A stretch of 37,172 nucleotides of DNA from Candidatus Pacearchaeota archaeon. GTDB lineage: Archaea; Nanobdellota; Nanobdellia; Pacearchaeales; GW2011-AR1. The notes below the pieces were generated by a model. It did no database searches and had not been told where the DNA came from. It saw only the letters and a program-made list of their open reading frames with translations. Positions within the stretch are counted from its first letter, which is position 1; each line of letters opens with the position of its first letter. The stretch lies in contig JAGVXK010000002.1 in assembly GCA_018303825.1 (NCBI GenBank), positions 1-37,172 of the forward strand, read 5' to 3'. The translations under genes and the position numbers were made by a program. Below are positions 25,420-35,446 of the stretch, in pieces.

Positions 25420-26103
25420 TTATGATTTATCTTTATATGATTCTAGGTCTTTTTTTGTTACTTTTGCATCAGTGCGCAGGATTTGCCTGTCCCTTTCTGC
25501 CTGTTCTTTTGTAGCGGCTTCCTTTGACTGCTTTATTTTTTGCTCAAATGATATTCCCAATCTATGAAGTATGATCGTGATTACTATTGCCACAACTACA
25601 CTTATCCATAGAATCCAAGTATTATTTATCACAAATGTGAGCATATCTACTGCTCTTTTTATAGTTCCAGAAAGACCTATCAATGAAGCAACTATAAATG
25701 CTCCTAGGATTCCAAATAATTTTCCTTTAAATAATACTTCTGCTATTGGCTGGAGGAAGACAAAGAGGGAAATCCATATCACTATTGCAAAGAAGAACGC
25801 CCAGGAAAGAGCATATTCAACTCCTAGAACTGCTTTGAGGAAAGGGTTTATTGAAATCAGGAATCTTTGGATTGGTTCGGCAATTGCATTTTTATCTATT
25901 ATCTGATTCCATTCCCTTTGGAGGTATTTTGTTTTTATATCTTCAATGTTTGTGGGATTTGGGATGTTTTCAGGGTTGAATCCTGTCTGAGTTTGGATTG
26001 CATCATCCACTGTTTCTGCTATTGCCAAATGAGAGAAATAAGTTATTGAAAATATAGAAAATACTAAAAGTATTAGGAATAGAATCTCTTTTTTCATTAA
26101 CAT
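25420..26103 (-). CDS. Multi-pass membrane protein (distant member of cluster family)
   Basis: Signal peptide, about 3 TMs, charged coiled-coil-like C-terminus. Confidence 0.75.
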   Translation of the reverse strand: MLMKKEILFLILLVFSIFSITYFSHLAIAETVDDAIQTQTGFNPENIPNPTNIEDIKTKYLQREWNQIIDKNAIAEPIQRFLISINPFLKAVLGVEYALSWAFFFAIVIWISLFVFLQPIAEVLFKGKLFGILGAFIVASLIGLSGTIKRAVDMLTFVINNTWILWISVVVAIVITIILHRLGISFEQKIKQSKEAATKEQAERDRQILRTDAKVTKKDLESYKDKS

Positions 26104-26206
26104 AAGAGCAATGTGGACTTTTTAAAATTGTTGATGCTATCCTTTTATTATTACAATTGTATATTTATTAGAACAGCAACCATGGTAGAAGATTCTTTTG
26201 CGCAAA

Positions 26207-26917
26207 TTAACCTGTTTTTAGTCTTGCCTTTGTTTCTTCTCTCTCAAGCTTCCTTCCTAAGCCTCTGAACTCTATATCTTTCTCTACTGTTTCTTTCATG
26301 GCTCCAAGCTCCCCATGGAAGATTAATTTTCTTATTGGTCCCACTGCAAATATTATCACAACTCCTGCTATTGCTGCACCAAGATAAACAAAACTATCTG
26401 CAGAAAGATTAACGAATGCCCTGTATAAGTAGACTCCTAAGTAATAGAATGTCCAGAATATCCATAAACCTTGGGCTATCAATTTGTTTTCTATTTTAAC
26501 AGTGAAGAGAACCATAATTGCAAATGGAATAATTGATAGGATTGAAGCGCCCATCACCCCATATTGGTCTCTGATTGTTGTTATCAATGATGCTGGCATG
26601 AACCATACGGCCAAAACCGATATCAATCCAGAAATTACAAATGTTGTTACTGCACTTCGTTTGAATAAACTTTGGACTAAAGAATATATAATCATCCAGA
26701 CAAGAATGATAAAGAACAGCTTTGTGAACAATTCTTTGCTGTTAAATAGGGGGCTTATGAATGAACCTCCTGCATTGATAATTCCCCTTACGATTCCTAC
26801 AGTAACTTGCTCAGCTGTATCTGCTGCAGCCGCAAGGACAAAAAATGAGAAGAATGAAACTACAAACAATGACAAAATCGAAAAAACAAAAATCTTTTTA
26901 GATATCTCTCTTTTCAT
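26207..26917 (-). CDS. Multi-pass membrane protein, paralog 1
   Basis: Start re-called at ATG 26917; FTKLFFIIL, SVLAVWFMP, QYGVMG, IIPFAI. Confidence 0.8.
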   Translation of the reverse strand: MKREISKKIFVFSILSLFVVSFFSFFVLAAAADTAEQVTVGIVRGIINAGGSFISPLFNSKELFTKLFFIILVWMIIYSLVQSLFKRSAVTTFVISGLISVLAVWFMPASLITTIRDQYGVMGASILSIIPFAIMVLFTVKIENKLIAQGLWIFWTFYYLGVYLYRAFVNLSADSFVYLGAAIAGVVIIFAVGPIRKLIFHGELGAMKETVEKDIEFRGLGRKLEREETKARLKTG

Positions 26918-26990
26918 CTTCTTTAAAGAAACTCCTTGTTTATAAATATTATGCTGATAAAATGGATTTATTATTTGTTTAAATGCTCGT

Positions 26991-27248
26991 TTATCTGCCC
27001 TTGAGTGTTGCATACATTACACTTGTTCTCCACATGTATTGTTCAGCAATATAACTGATAAATGTGCATATTAAAAATGCTCCCCCGATTACTTTTAGAA
27101 CAAGAGTGTCATAAGTTACTGCAAAACTCAGTATTATTAATGAAATTACTAGACATATGATTGCAAATAAGTGTGTTGCCCACATCTTTATTATTGACGC
27201 TCCCTTCTTATTCATTAAAATATTGAACATCATTTTTACGAAATCCAT
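26991..27248 (-). CDS. Small 2-TM protein
   Basis: 85 aa; alternative start MNKKG at 27215. Confidence 0.5.
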   Translation of the reverse strand: MDFVKMMFNILMNKKGASIIKMWATHLFAIICLVISLIILSFAVTYDTLVLKVIGGAFLICTFISYIAEQYMWRTSVMYATLKGR

Positions 27249-27319
27249 CTATTAACTTTTGGCTTACCATAATCTCTGAAATACTCGTTCGCAGAACCAA
27301 TGAAAATGATTGCTCCAGA

Positions 27320-27493
27320 TTAGCTATCCCCATTTGGCTTAACAATAACTACAAGTGCGAGTATTGCAACTATTATAAATGCTCCGCCAACAAGGAGATA
27401 TAAGATATTCCCAGTTGCCAGGCTTATTCCAAGCACCAACAAAAATATACCTATAAGAATAACAACCACATGATCGACGCCAATTCGTGCCAT
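27320..27493 (-). CDS. 57-aa 2-TM protein, not in ORF track
   Basis: MARIGVDHVVVILIGIFLLVLGISLATGNILYLLVGGAFIIVAILALVVIVKPNGDS; starts 1 bp after upstream stop. Confidence 0.65.
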   Translation of the reverse strand: MARIGVDHVVVILIGIFLLVLGISLATGNILYLLVGGAFIIVAILALVVIVKPNGDS

Positions 27494-27494
27494 T

Positions 27495-28244
27495 TTACCT
27501 GGTAGGAAGCCCTCGTGATACCGCTTCCTGTTCTTCTATGACATCCAGGGCTTTCCTTCTGCCCATTTTTTCTTCATGCCCTTTCAGTACTGTTTCCAAC
27601 TTTCCGTGCCATATCGCCTTGTCTATTGCTTTGTTGAAGAATAACATTACTATTGCAAGAACGCTGACTGCCCCATATATCCAAGACATCCAGAGTCCAT
27701 TGAATCCTGCCCCCTTATTTGCAATTACACCAACAGTGTTTGTTATTGATGTATAAATCATAAATACAACCATCATTACAGCAAAGAACAACCATGCTAC
27801 TTTTTTCAGAAATGTGTTAGTTAAAAAATATCTTGTGAATACAACCATAATAACAAAAGGGACAACTGAAATCATTGCCACTCCCAATGCGGTGTATGGG
27901 TTTAGCATTGCACTTACTATTCCTTTAGGAATGAAATAGACTGCAAGAATTGATACTACCAACCCGAAAACAAATGAAAGGAATCTCCTTTCTTTAAATA
28001 AAGGTATCAAAGCTGTTATTGAACTGACTAAAATCAATACTAACAGGAAGAACAATGTTTTAACAAAGACAGGTTCATTTGCAATAAAGTTCTGCAAATC
28101 AGGACCAAAAGGCTTTACGAGATTGTCCGAAATCACAGTTTTTAATGTCTCTCCCAAACTGACAGCAGAGACAAGGGAAATCATTGACAGCAACAATATG
28201 CATGATATGAAAACTAATAAGAACCTGTTTGCCACCTTTTTCAT
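27495..28244 (-). CDS. Multi-pass membrane protein, paralog 2
   Basis: Start re-called at ATG 28244; FVKTLFFLL, SILAVYFIP, PYTALG, VVPFVI. Confidence 0.8.
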   Translation of the reverse strand: MKKVANRFLLVFISCILLLSMISLVSAVSLGETLKTVISDNLVKPFGPDLQNFIANEPVFVKTLFFLLVLILVSSITALIPLFKERRFLSFVFGLVVSILAVYFIPKGIVSAMLNPYTALGVAMISVVPFVIMVVFTRYFLTNTFLKKVAWLFFAVMMVVFMIYTSITNTVGVIANKGAGFNGLWMSWIYGAVSVLAIVMLFFNKAIDKAIWHGKLETVLKGHEEKMGRRKALDVIEEQEAVSRGLPTR

Positions 28245-28345
28245 GTTTTTGTTCTTTGTCTCTTTCAGGTTTATCGATAAGAAGTAATGAAAATTATCCT
28301 GAAAAAAAGAAAAAAGTTTAAATACTAAATTACTATGGTTAGGAT

Positions 28346-29167
28346 ATGAAAAAGAGCGTAGTTCTGCTGGTGTTATTATCTTTAGTTTTTGTCTTTGCCA
28401 TTTCAACAGTCAGTGCTGCAGGCGCCGGCGACGCTTTCAGGCCATTGGTTGATATGGTTTCCGGATTGATTAATACTATCATTGACACTGCTAAACCATT
28501 TCTAGAGGCAATTGTTGGTGATGTAAATGCTCCTGCAGGGGCTTCAGGAGTAAGTTCAGGAGATATTTTCTTTGCTAAGGTTTTGCTTCTTATTTTGATA
28601 GTTTCTGTAGTTTTTGCAGTTCTTGAAAATGTTAGTTTTTTCAGTTCAAATAGTTTGGTTTTGTGGATTGTTTCTATTATCGTTTCAATATTAGGAGTCA
28701 GGTTTTTGAGCGCCGAATTAGTTTGGACAATTATCCTTCCTTATTCTGTATTCGGTGTTGCAGTCAGCGCTGGAATTCCATTTGCAATATATTTCATATT
28801 CGTTGAAAAGGGATTAGCCGGACCAGGACACCATGTTTCCAGAAGGGCTGCCTGGGTGTTTTTCATAGTTGTATTTTTGGCGATTTATTTCTTAAGATTT
28901 GATGAAATTCCTAATTACGCCTGGATTTATCCTGGAACGGCTGTGCTTGCATTTTTGGTTCTTTGGTTTGATGGCACTATTCAGAAATTCTTTTTGAATA
29001 TACAGATGCAGAAGGTTGGAGCTCAAAATAAGCAGGAGTTGATAGACAAGTACAAGTTGAAAGTAGCTGAGTTGCCACAGCTCGTTGCTGCTGGAGCTAT
29101 TACCACAGCAGATGCGGACAAGAGAAAGAGAGAGTATCAAAAGAAGATTGCACATTGGATGAAATAA
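28346..29167 (+). CDS. Multi-pass membrane protein, paralog 3
   Basis: FAKVLLLIL, SILGVRFL, PYSVFG, GIPFAI, RRAAWVFF. Confidence 0.8.
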   Translation: MKKSVVLLVLLSLVFVFAISTVSAAGAGDAFRPLVDMVSGLINTIIDTAKPFLEAIVGDVNAPAGASGVSSGDIFFAKVLLLILIVSVVFAVLENVSFFSSNSLVLWIVSIIVSILGVRFLSAELVWTIILPYSVFGVAVSAGIPFAIYFIFVEKGLAGPGHHVSRRAAWVFFIVVFLAIYFLRFDEIPNYAWIYPGTAVLAFLVLWFDGTIQKFFLNIQMQKVGAQNKQELIDKYKLKVAELPQLVAAGAITTADADKRKREYQKKIAHWMK

Positions 29168-29223
29168 TCTTTCGGTAAGAAAAACATAGAATTATTTATA
29201 AACTAAGCCTTTCTTTAACTTTG

Positions 29224-30024
29224 ATGGTGAAAAAGAGGGTTTTGATATTTCTTATTTTTGGCTTAATGGCCAGTTTAGTTGCTTCTTTGATTTCCAGTGT
29301 TTCGGCAGCGGGTTTTTATGTAAGTTCCAGAGATATTTCACAGAGTGTTATTAATTCGTGGGTTAATTTTCTTGAACCAATCTTGCAGGCATTGTTTGGA
29401 GGTTACGGCTGGAGCGGAATGTTTTTGTTCGAAAGACTTTTGCTTTTCATATTGTTAATCGCTGTTATTTCTGTTGCCTTGACAAAAGTTCCTTTGTTTG
29501 GCGATGATGACAGGAAGGCTGTAAGATGGGTCATCACAATAATAGTTCCTCTGATTGGAATGAGATATATTAATTTTGAGTGGCTCAGCGCAATTATACT
29601 ACAATATAGAGCTCTTGCAATTATATTGACTGCAGTCATACCATTCATTATCTACTTTTATTTCTTATATAATGTAGATTCTGATTATGGTGCTTTAAGA
29701 AAAGTCGGGTGGCTGTTGTTTATAGGCATATATGCTGGTTTGTGGTCTACTACTGAAAATGATGCGAATGCAACCATTTATATCTGGACAGTTGTCGCAG
29801 CCATTCTTTGCCTGGTATTTGATAATTTAATAATGAGAAGGATGAGAATCAGAAAGCTGATGAATCAGGATACTTATTTCAAGACAAGGGAAATAGGGAA
29901 CACCAATATGGAGATTCAGAAAATACAGCAGCAGATGGCAGCAGGGGCGATTGACAGAAAGTCTGGAGAGAAAGCTGTGAAGGATTTGAATAAGCACAAG
30001 AGATGGCTTATCAGGCAGAATTAA
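29224..30024 (+). CDS. Multi-pass membrane protein, paralog 4
   Basis: FERLLLFIL, PLIGMRYI, QYRALA, VIPFII, RKVGWLLF. Confidence 0.8.
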   Translation: MVKKRVLIFLIFGLMASLVASLISSVSAAGFYVSSRDISQSVINSWVNFLEPILQALFGGYGWSGMFLFERLLLFILLIAVISVALTKVPLFGDDDRKAVRWVITIIVPLIGMRYINFEWLSAIILQYRALAIILTAVIPFIIYFYFLYNVDSDYGALRKVGWLLFIGIYAGLWSTTENDANATIYIWTVVAAILCLVFDNLIMRRMRIRKLMNQDTYFKTREIGNTNMEIQKIQQQMAAGAIDRKSGEKAVKDLNKHKRWLIRQN

Positions 30025-30073
30025 AAAAGTTTATATATCGTAATCATCTTGTCACTAAGAGGAAAAGAGGAAA

Positions 30074-30325
30074 ATGAACAAGTCAATTGGATATGTTTTA
30101 ATTGCTGTCGGGTTTATAGTATTTTTGCTTAGCTTTCCGCAGGTTAGCAATGCAGTAAAGCTGCCAATTCCTGCCGGGATAACAAGCAATATCATAATGA
30201 TAATAGGTATAGTTGTTCTTGCAATTGGAGCGTTCTTTGTCTCAAAGTCAGGAAGCGGGAGGGTGAAGGAAGTTCCTATTTATCATGGAAAGGAAGTTGT
30301 TGGTTTCAGAAGAGTCGGAAAATAA
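30074..30325 (+). CDS. Small 2-TM protein
   Basis: 83 aa; C-terminal EVPIYHGKEVVGFRR. Confidence 0.7.
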   Translation: MNKSIGYVLIAVGFIVFLLSFPQVSNAVKLPIPAGITSNIIMIIGIVVLAIGAFFVSKSGSGRVKEVPIYHGKEVVGFRRVGK

Positions 30326-30477
30326 ATCTAAAATTGAAGAGATACATTATATAGAAAATAATTGTTATCTAATGTCCGCTCTTGATGTGATTTGGTAGAT
30401 ATTAGGATGTTATTGTATAAAGGAATGATGGTTTTTTAAACTATAAATGTTAAACTTATTCATGGCTAATAAGATTT

Positions 30478-31308
30478 ATGAAACCTCAAGAAAGAAAAGA
30501 TTTACCGGAGGTAAATATGGCTAATTATGATATTCTTGGAAACATCTCAATTGTCAAATTTGACAGGAAAGCTGGAAAGAAAGAAAAGAAGAGATTTGCA
30601 GAAAAATTAATGAGACAATATCCTGGAGTGAAAATTGTTCTTGAAAAATCTGGAAAGTTTTCTGGAAGATTGAGAACTCCGGAAACAAGATTTGTCCTTG
30701 GAGAGAAGACGAAAGAGGGTTTGTACAAAGAGAATGACTGTTCATTTAGGTTCAATGTTGACAGCTGTTATTTTTCTTCGAGGCTGGCAAGCGAGAGGAA
30801 GGAAATTGCCTCTTATGCCAAAAAGGGAGAAAAAGTCCTGGTCATGTTCGGGGGAGTTGCCCCCTTTGCAATTGTTATTGCAAAGCATTCAAGTGCGGAA
30901 AAAGTCATTAGCATAGAGTTGGGAAGAGAATGCAACAGATATGCTCTTGATAACATAAAAAGAAATAAATTAATTGACAAAGTGGAAATAATTCAGGGAG
31001 ATGTCAGGAAGATTTGCCCAAAGTTAAGGAAGAAAATGAAAACCGAAAAGGATAAATTTGAAAGGATAGTCATGGCAAGGCCGAATTTGAAAGATTCTTT
31101 TCTTGATGTTGCTTTGCCTTTGGCAAAAAAGAATGGAATTATACATTATTATGGATTTTATGAAGAAAATAAAGTTAATGATTTAAGAACATTGATAATG
31201 GATGAAGCTGGGAAAGCTGGAAAGAGGATTAAGATAATTAGGATAAAGAAAGCAGGGGATATTGGTGTAAGGAAGTTCCGGTATAGGGCTGATATAAAGA
31301 TATTATAG
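30478..31308 (+). CDS. Trm5/Taw2-family SAM-dependent tRNA-modifying transferase (lacks N-terminal D1 domain)
   Basis: YDILGNI, YFSSRLASER, MFGGVAPFAI, RIVMARP; alternative start 30517 has GGAGG. Confidence 0.85.
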   Translation: MKPQERKDLPEVNMANYDILGNISIVKFDRKAGKKEKKRFAEKLMRQYPGVKIVLEKSGKFSGRLRTPETRFVLGEKTKEGLYKENDCSFRFNVDSCYFSSRLASERKEIASYAKKGEKVLVMFGGVAPFAIVIAKHSSAEKVISIELGRECNRYALDNIKRNKLIDKVEIIQGDVRKICPKLRKKMKTEKDKFERIVMARPNLKDSFLDVALPLAKKNGIIHYYGFYEENKVNDLRTLIMDEAGKAGKRIKIIRIKKAGDIGVRKFRYRADIKIL

Positions 31309-31393
31309 TGAAAGACATAAGTCTTTCCCTATCTAGTCAACGACAAATTGGAGAATTATTAATGTCCTTGACTATAAACTGAAAATTGATAAA

Positions 31394-31657
31394 TTAAATT
31401 AAGAAATCATAGGTAAATCTATGGAATAATGATGGGTCTCCAATAACCGGAAATTCTATCGGCATCAATGCTTTCGCATAATCTAATTTTTCCTCATGGC
31501 TTTCATTGTCAAGATTTCTGGCTTCCAAAATTAGATATCTTAAGTCTGTTTGCTCAATTGCATTATAACCCTTAATTGCCGTTCTTCCGAGCAAATCTAA
31601 GGTATTTGGGCCCAATGTGTAATCTTCATCTTTTTGATTTGCTTCGCTTCTATTCAT
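31394..31657 (-). CDS. Hypothetical protein
   Basis: 87-aa ORF. Confidence 0.5.
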   Translation of the reverse strand: MNRSEANQKDEDYTLGPNTLDLLGRTAIKGYNAIEQTDLRYLILEARNLDNESHEEKLDYAKALMPIEFPVIGDPSLFHRFTYDFLI

Positions 31658-31681
31658 TTTATTGGCAACTAGAATTGGTTT

Positions 31682-32131
31682 TTAAAGCTTTGTTTTTCTT
31701 ATTTTCTTGAATTTTGCAATATCTTCTGATTCTATTAAAATGTCTCCTCTAAGATAATCTGGAATTTCGGAAGACACTTTTCTCACAGCTTCTTTGGTTT
31801 CATTATTATCTGTTAGAACATATATATTTGTCTTTAATGGTGCAGGATCTTTATGGTCATAAATTGTCTGGACACTAAAATATATAGAAACAAGAGGCCT
31901 TTGGCTTCTTCCCTTCCCTTTAACTATTTCATATCCATCTTGGCTTATTGGCACAGCATCAATCAAAGTAGGTATTAGTTCCAACTCTAATTCTTTTTTA
32001 GAATTCATTATCCTGGTTTGGTTTATCTGCCTTAAAATCCAGTTTGCGATTGTCTCTGTTCTTGTTAATGCTCCGTCATATCTTAGATTAAACATGAAGT
32101 GCTCTAAATCACTGATTTCTTTTCTTTCCAT
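31682..32131 (-). CDS. Hypothetical protein
   Basis: ATG 32131 preferred because aaagcttataaaa promoter lies about 22 bp upstream. Confidence 0.55.
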   Translation of the reverse strand: MERKEISDLEHFMFNLRYDGALTRTETIANWILRQINQTRIMNSKKELELELIPTLIDAVPISQDGYEIVKGKGRSQRPLVSIYFSVQTIYDHKDPAPLKTNIYVLTDNNETKEAVRKVSSEIPDYLRGDILIESEDIAKFKKIRKTKL

Positions 32132-32285
32132 GGTAAAATGCGAGGTCTTGGTTTTATAAGCTTTATTATACAAAGCTTATCATTATATTATAAAGGACAG
32201 AGGCATGTTAATTCTAAGTTCTATAACATCTAAATATAATATTTATTGACTTTTAATTATTATTAATATGTTATATGGAAATGAT

Positions 32286-33593
32286 TTATATCTTCATCTC
32301 TGCCTTGACTGCAGAAGGAGCTTCACCGCCGTGCCAGGTAAATTTAGGTCTTACACGAATCGGATAAATCCTCTCAGAATTATCATCTAAGACTATAGCA
32401 GAACCTTTCAAAGATGGGAGGTCATCCATCTGCTTCTTTATACTTTCCAACAAATATGTCTGCATTATTTCATTCAATGCTTCTATATCTGGTTTTGCAG
32501 TTATTCTGTGGGAGATGACAATATCTGACTGTGATAGGGCATCTGAATGGAGTTTTCCTGGCTGCTGTGTGGCCATTACTAATGAAATGCCTGGCTGTCT
32601 ACCTTCTCTCAATAATTGAATTAATGCATCACTGGCTGGCGTTTTTTCATCTTTACTTAAAAATTCATGAATCTCATCTACGAAAATCCAAACAAGGGGC
32701 TCCTTTCTATTTGAATAAGAGAGGTATTGCTGCCCATGTTGAATTGATTCAAGCTCTTCTTTTTTTCTTGAGTCCATTCTACTTTTGAATATTTTTCTAG
32801 AAATTAAGGAGATTACCAGTGCCCTAATGTTAAATGCTCCTATCGAGCTGTATATTGATGTGTCTAATATGGTTGTTATACCTGGATTTATAATGTCTTT
32901 TATTTCTGTGCCTTCTTTTCCTTTTGAAAATATTCCCCATGAATTGGCTGCTCTGAATAAAGCCAGTGCAATGTCTTTTGTTTCTTTGCCTGCTCTTTTA
33001 TCATTTTCTATTTCTTTTTGTATATCTTCTATGGTAAAGTTACTTAATTTTTCTTTTAAATCTGTTATAGATGTTTCTATTAAAACGCCGGGGAGGCTTG
33101 TAAGATTTATATTGAAAAGAGTTATCCAATCTTCTGCTTCTAACTCGCTTGCTTTAAGGGCGAATGTTTCATCAAATGGAATCATGTTTTTCTTGTAATC
33201 TTCAATTTTTCCGAAAGGAATGAAAACTTTTACTGGAAGCTTTTTTGTTTTCAACTGCCATTCATCCAGAAGAGCAGAGTCTTTCTCATTTTCGTATTTC
33301 ATTGTCCAAAAAATCCCCATTGTATCAAAAATAACTGATGCTATATTTTTTGAAACATCAAAAGGTAGGTCAGAAAGCCCTTCTGCAATTGCTGATAATG
33401 TATAACTTTTGCCCGCACCCCTCTTCCCACAAATTAAAATTACGTGGCTTCTTGCAATGTCCATCCAAATTTTATTTGAAAGAGATGTGTAGTTGCCCAT
33501 CTTCACATAGCCCTTTCCTATGTAAATCAGTCCCTTGTCGCCGAACTTTTCTTTATCAGCAGAATCTCTTCCTATTATTATATCGTATGCCAT
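32286..33593 (-). CDS. HerA/FtsK-superfamily ATPase (DUF87-type)
   Basis: CGKRGAGKS, FDTMGIF, WIFVDEIH, LREGRQPGISLVMATQQP. Confidence 0.88.
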   Translation of the reverse strand: MAYDIIIGRDSADKEKFGDKGLIYIGKGYVKMGNYTSLSNKIWMDIARSHVILICGKRGAGKSYTLSAIAEGLSDLPFDVSKNIASVIFDTMGIFWTMKYENEKDSALLDEWQLKTKKLPVKVFIPFGKIEDYKKNMIPFDETFALKASELEAEDWITLFNINLTSLPGVLIETSITDLKEKLSNFTIEDIQKEIENDKRAGKETKDIALALFRAANSWGIFSKGKEGTEIKDIINPGITTILDTSIYSSIGAFNIRALVISLISRKIFKSRMDSRKKEELESIQHGQQYLSYSNRKEPLVWIFVDEIHEFLSKDEKTPASDALIQLLREGRQPGISLVMATQQPGKLHSDALSQSDIVISHRITAKPDIEALNEIMQTYLLESIKKQMDDLPSLKGSAIVLDDNSERIYPIRVRPKFTWHGGEAPSAVKAEMKI

Positions 33594-33908
33594 TTTGTTC
33601 TTTTATTTAGTTTTTTGTTGATATTTTAGGATTTTGTTTATTAATATATCTTATTGTTTGTGCTTTTCTTGCGTTAAATAAGGGTGACTAGATTTACCAT
33701 GGACAAAATTATAGATTATTAATGATTTGTTTAATTATTATATCTTAAATATTGGCTGATTTATCTTTCCTTGTTATAGCGGAACCCCGTTTATCGATAT
33801 GGCCTAAATCCAAGATTATTTCTTTCATTTTGATTTCTGAAATTTTATTATTTTCTAATATGATAAATCTTTCAAAAGGTTTTTAAATGGTGTTTCTCTT
33901 GTTGCGGG

Positions 33909-34934
33909 ATGAAAGAAGAGAAGAAAGAGGAGAAAGAATCTAATTCTGGGCGTCAGTCGAAGAAAAATGATTTTATTGCACAGGCAAAGAAAAACCCATG
34001 GATGCCGGCTGCGATTGTTCTTGCAATTGTTCTTGTTGTTGTCTTGTTTACTGGAGGGTTTTCAACAGGAGAAGTCAGTAAAACAGCCGCTTCAAATAAT
34101 CTGGCTGGCCTTGTGGAATCGCAAACTGGTAGTGCGCCCATAATAAATTCTGTCAAGGAACAGAGCGGCATGTATCTGGTTGATGCGAATATAGGCGGCC
34201 AGAATGTTCCGGTTTATGTAACCAAGGATGGGAAGTATGCATTTGTCCAGCCGATTCCTCTAACTGTCAGTGCAGCCAACACAAATTCCAATGCCAACAC
34301 AAATCCCAGCACTAACACAAACCCTAATTCTAATGCTCCTACAGAAGTTCCTAAATCAGACAAGCCAAAAGTGGAGCTATTTATTATGTCATATTGCCCA
34401 TATGGCACCCAGATGGAAAAAGCAATTCTTCCGGTAATATCTGCTTTGAAAGATAAGGCGGATATAAAGGTAAGATTTACTCACTTTACATTGCATGGAG
34501 AAAAAGAAGATACTGAAAACTTCAGGCAGTTATGTATAAGGGAACAGCAGGGAGCAAAGTTCCTCCCATATCTGCAATGCATATTAAATTCGACTGATGC
34601 TTACAATCCAGCTGATCAAACAGCCTGCATGCAAAAGCTCGGCATAAACAAGGCAAGTGTTGACAGTTGCGTGAACACAAAGGCAAAAGATTATTTCGCA
34701 GCTGATTCCCAATTGAGCCAGGGATACGGCGTTCAGGGAAGCCCTACTTTGGTAATCAATGGTGTTGAAGTGCAGAGTTCAAGGAGTCCCGCCGCAGTTC
34801 TTTCAACGATATGCTCTGCATTTAGCACTGCTCCGGCAGAATGCAGCACACAGTTGCCAACTTCCCAGACAAGCCCGGGGTTTGGCTATAGCTCAAGCTC
34901 ATCAGACTCTGCTGCAATTCAATGCGGGTTTTAA
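33909..34934 (+). CDS. Membrane-anchored DsbA/thioredoxin-fold protein
   Basis: TM anchor, VYVTKDGKY, N/T/P linker, FIMSYCPYG, GVQGSPT cis-Pro loop. Confidence 0.8.
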   Translation: MKEEKKEEKESNSGRQSKKNDFIAQAKKNPWMPAAIVLAIVLVVVLFTGGFSTGEVSKTAASNNLAGLVESQTGSAPIINSVKEQSGMYLVDANIGGQNVPVYVTKDGKYAFVQPIPLTVSAANTNSNANTNPSTNTNPNSNAPTEVPKSDKPKVELFIMSYCPYGTQMEKAILPVISALKDKADIKVRFTHFTLHGEKEDTENFRQLCIREQQGAKFLPYLQCILNSTDAYNPADQTACMQKLGINKASVDSCVNTKAKDYFAADSQLSQGYGVQGSPTLVINGVEVQSSRSPAAVLSTICSAFSTAPAECSTQLPTSQTSPGFGYSSSSSDSAAIQCGF

Positions 34935-35076
34935 TGGTTAGAATGATATGTTTTAATCTAATTGATACACCTTGTCCTGCAAATATATTTATAAAGGGTG
35001 GAAAATTAAAGCATATATAAAATGAAAATAAAGATGACCTTTAAGAAAGCTCATGGAAAGATGAGGTTCATATAAA

Positions 35077-35385
35077 ATGAAAATAAAAGAATTGAAAGCC
35101 GGGCAGGGCAAGGTGGATGTCGAGGGAGTTATAAAGTCTATGGGAGAAGTTAGGATAATTAATAAGTATGGAAAGGACCTGAAATTATGCAATGCTGTTG
35201 TTGGCGATGATTCTGGAGAGATAAGCTTGACATTGTGGAACGATGATACTGATAAAGTAAAGCAGGGAAACAAGGTAAAAATAACGAATGGTTATGTTTC
35301 TGAGTTTAATGGAAAGCTACAGCTGACTTCAGGAAAGTTCGGAAAGCTTGAAGTTGTTGATGCTGAAGCCGAAGCAGCTATGTGA
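35077..35385 (+). CDS. Single OB-fold ssDNA-binding protein (SSB/RPA)
   Basis: VGDDSGEISLTLWND, NGYVSEFNGKLQLTSGKFG. Confidence 0.9.
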   Translation: MKIKELKAGQGKVDVEGVIKSMGEVRIINKYGKDLKLCNAVVGDDSGEISLTLWNDDTDKVKQGNKVKITNGYVSEFNGKLQLTSGKFGKLEVVDAEAEAAM

Positions 35386-35446
35386 TTATTTGATTCATGT
35401 TTTCCAGGCGCAAAATGTTTTTAATCTTTGATTTCTTACAATATAC

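Noticed and set aside
26991-27215. Type IV pilin (MNKKG class III signal)
   Set aside because: Residues after KKG include Lys/Trp/His rather than a clean hydrophobic stretch with +5 Glu, and there is a second TM
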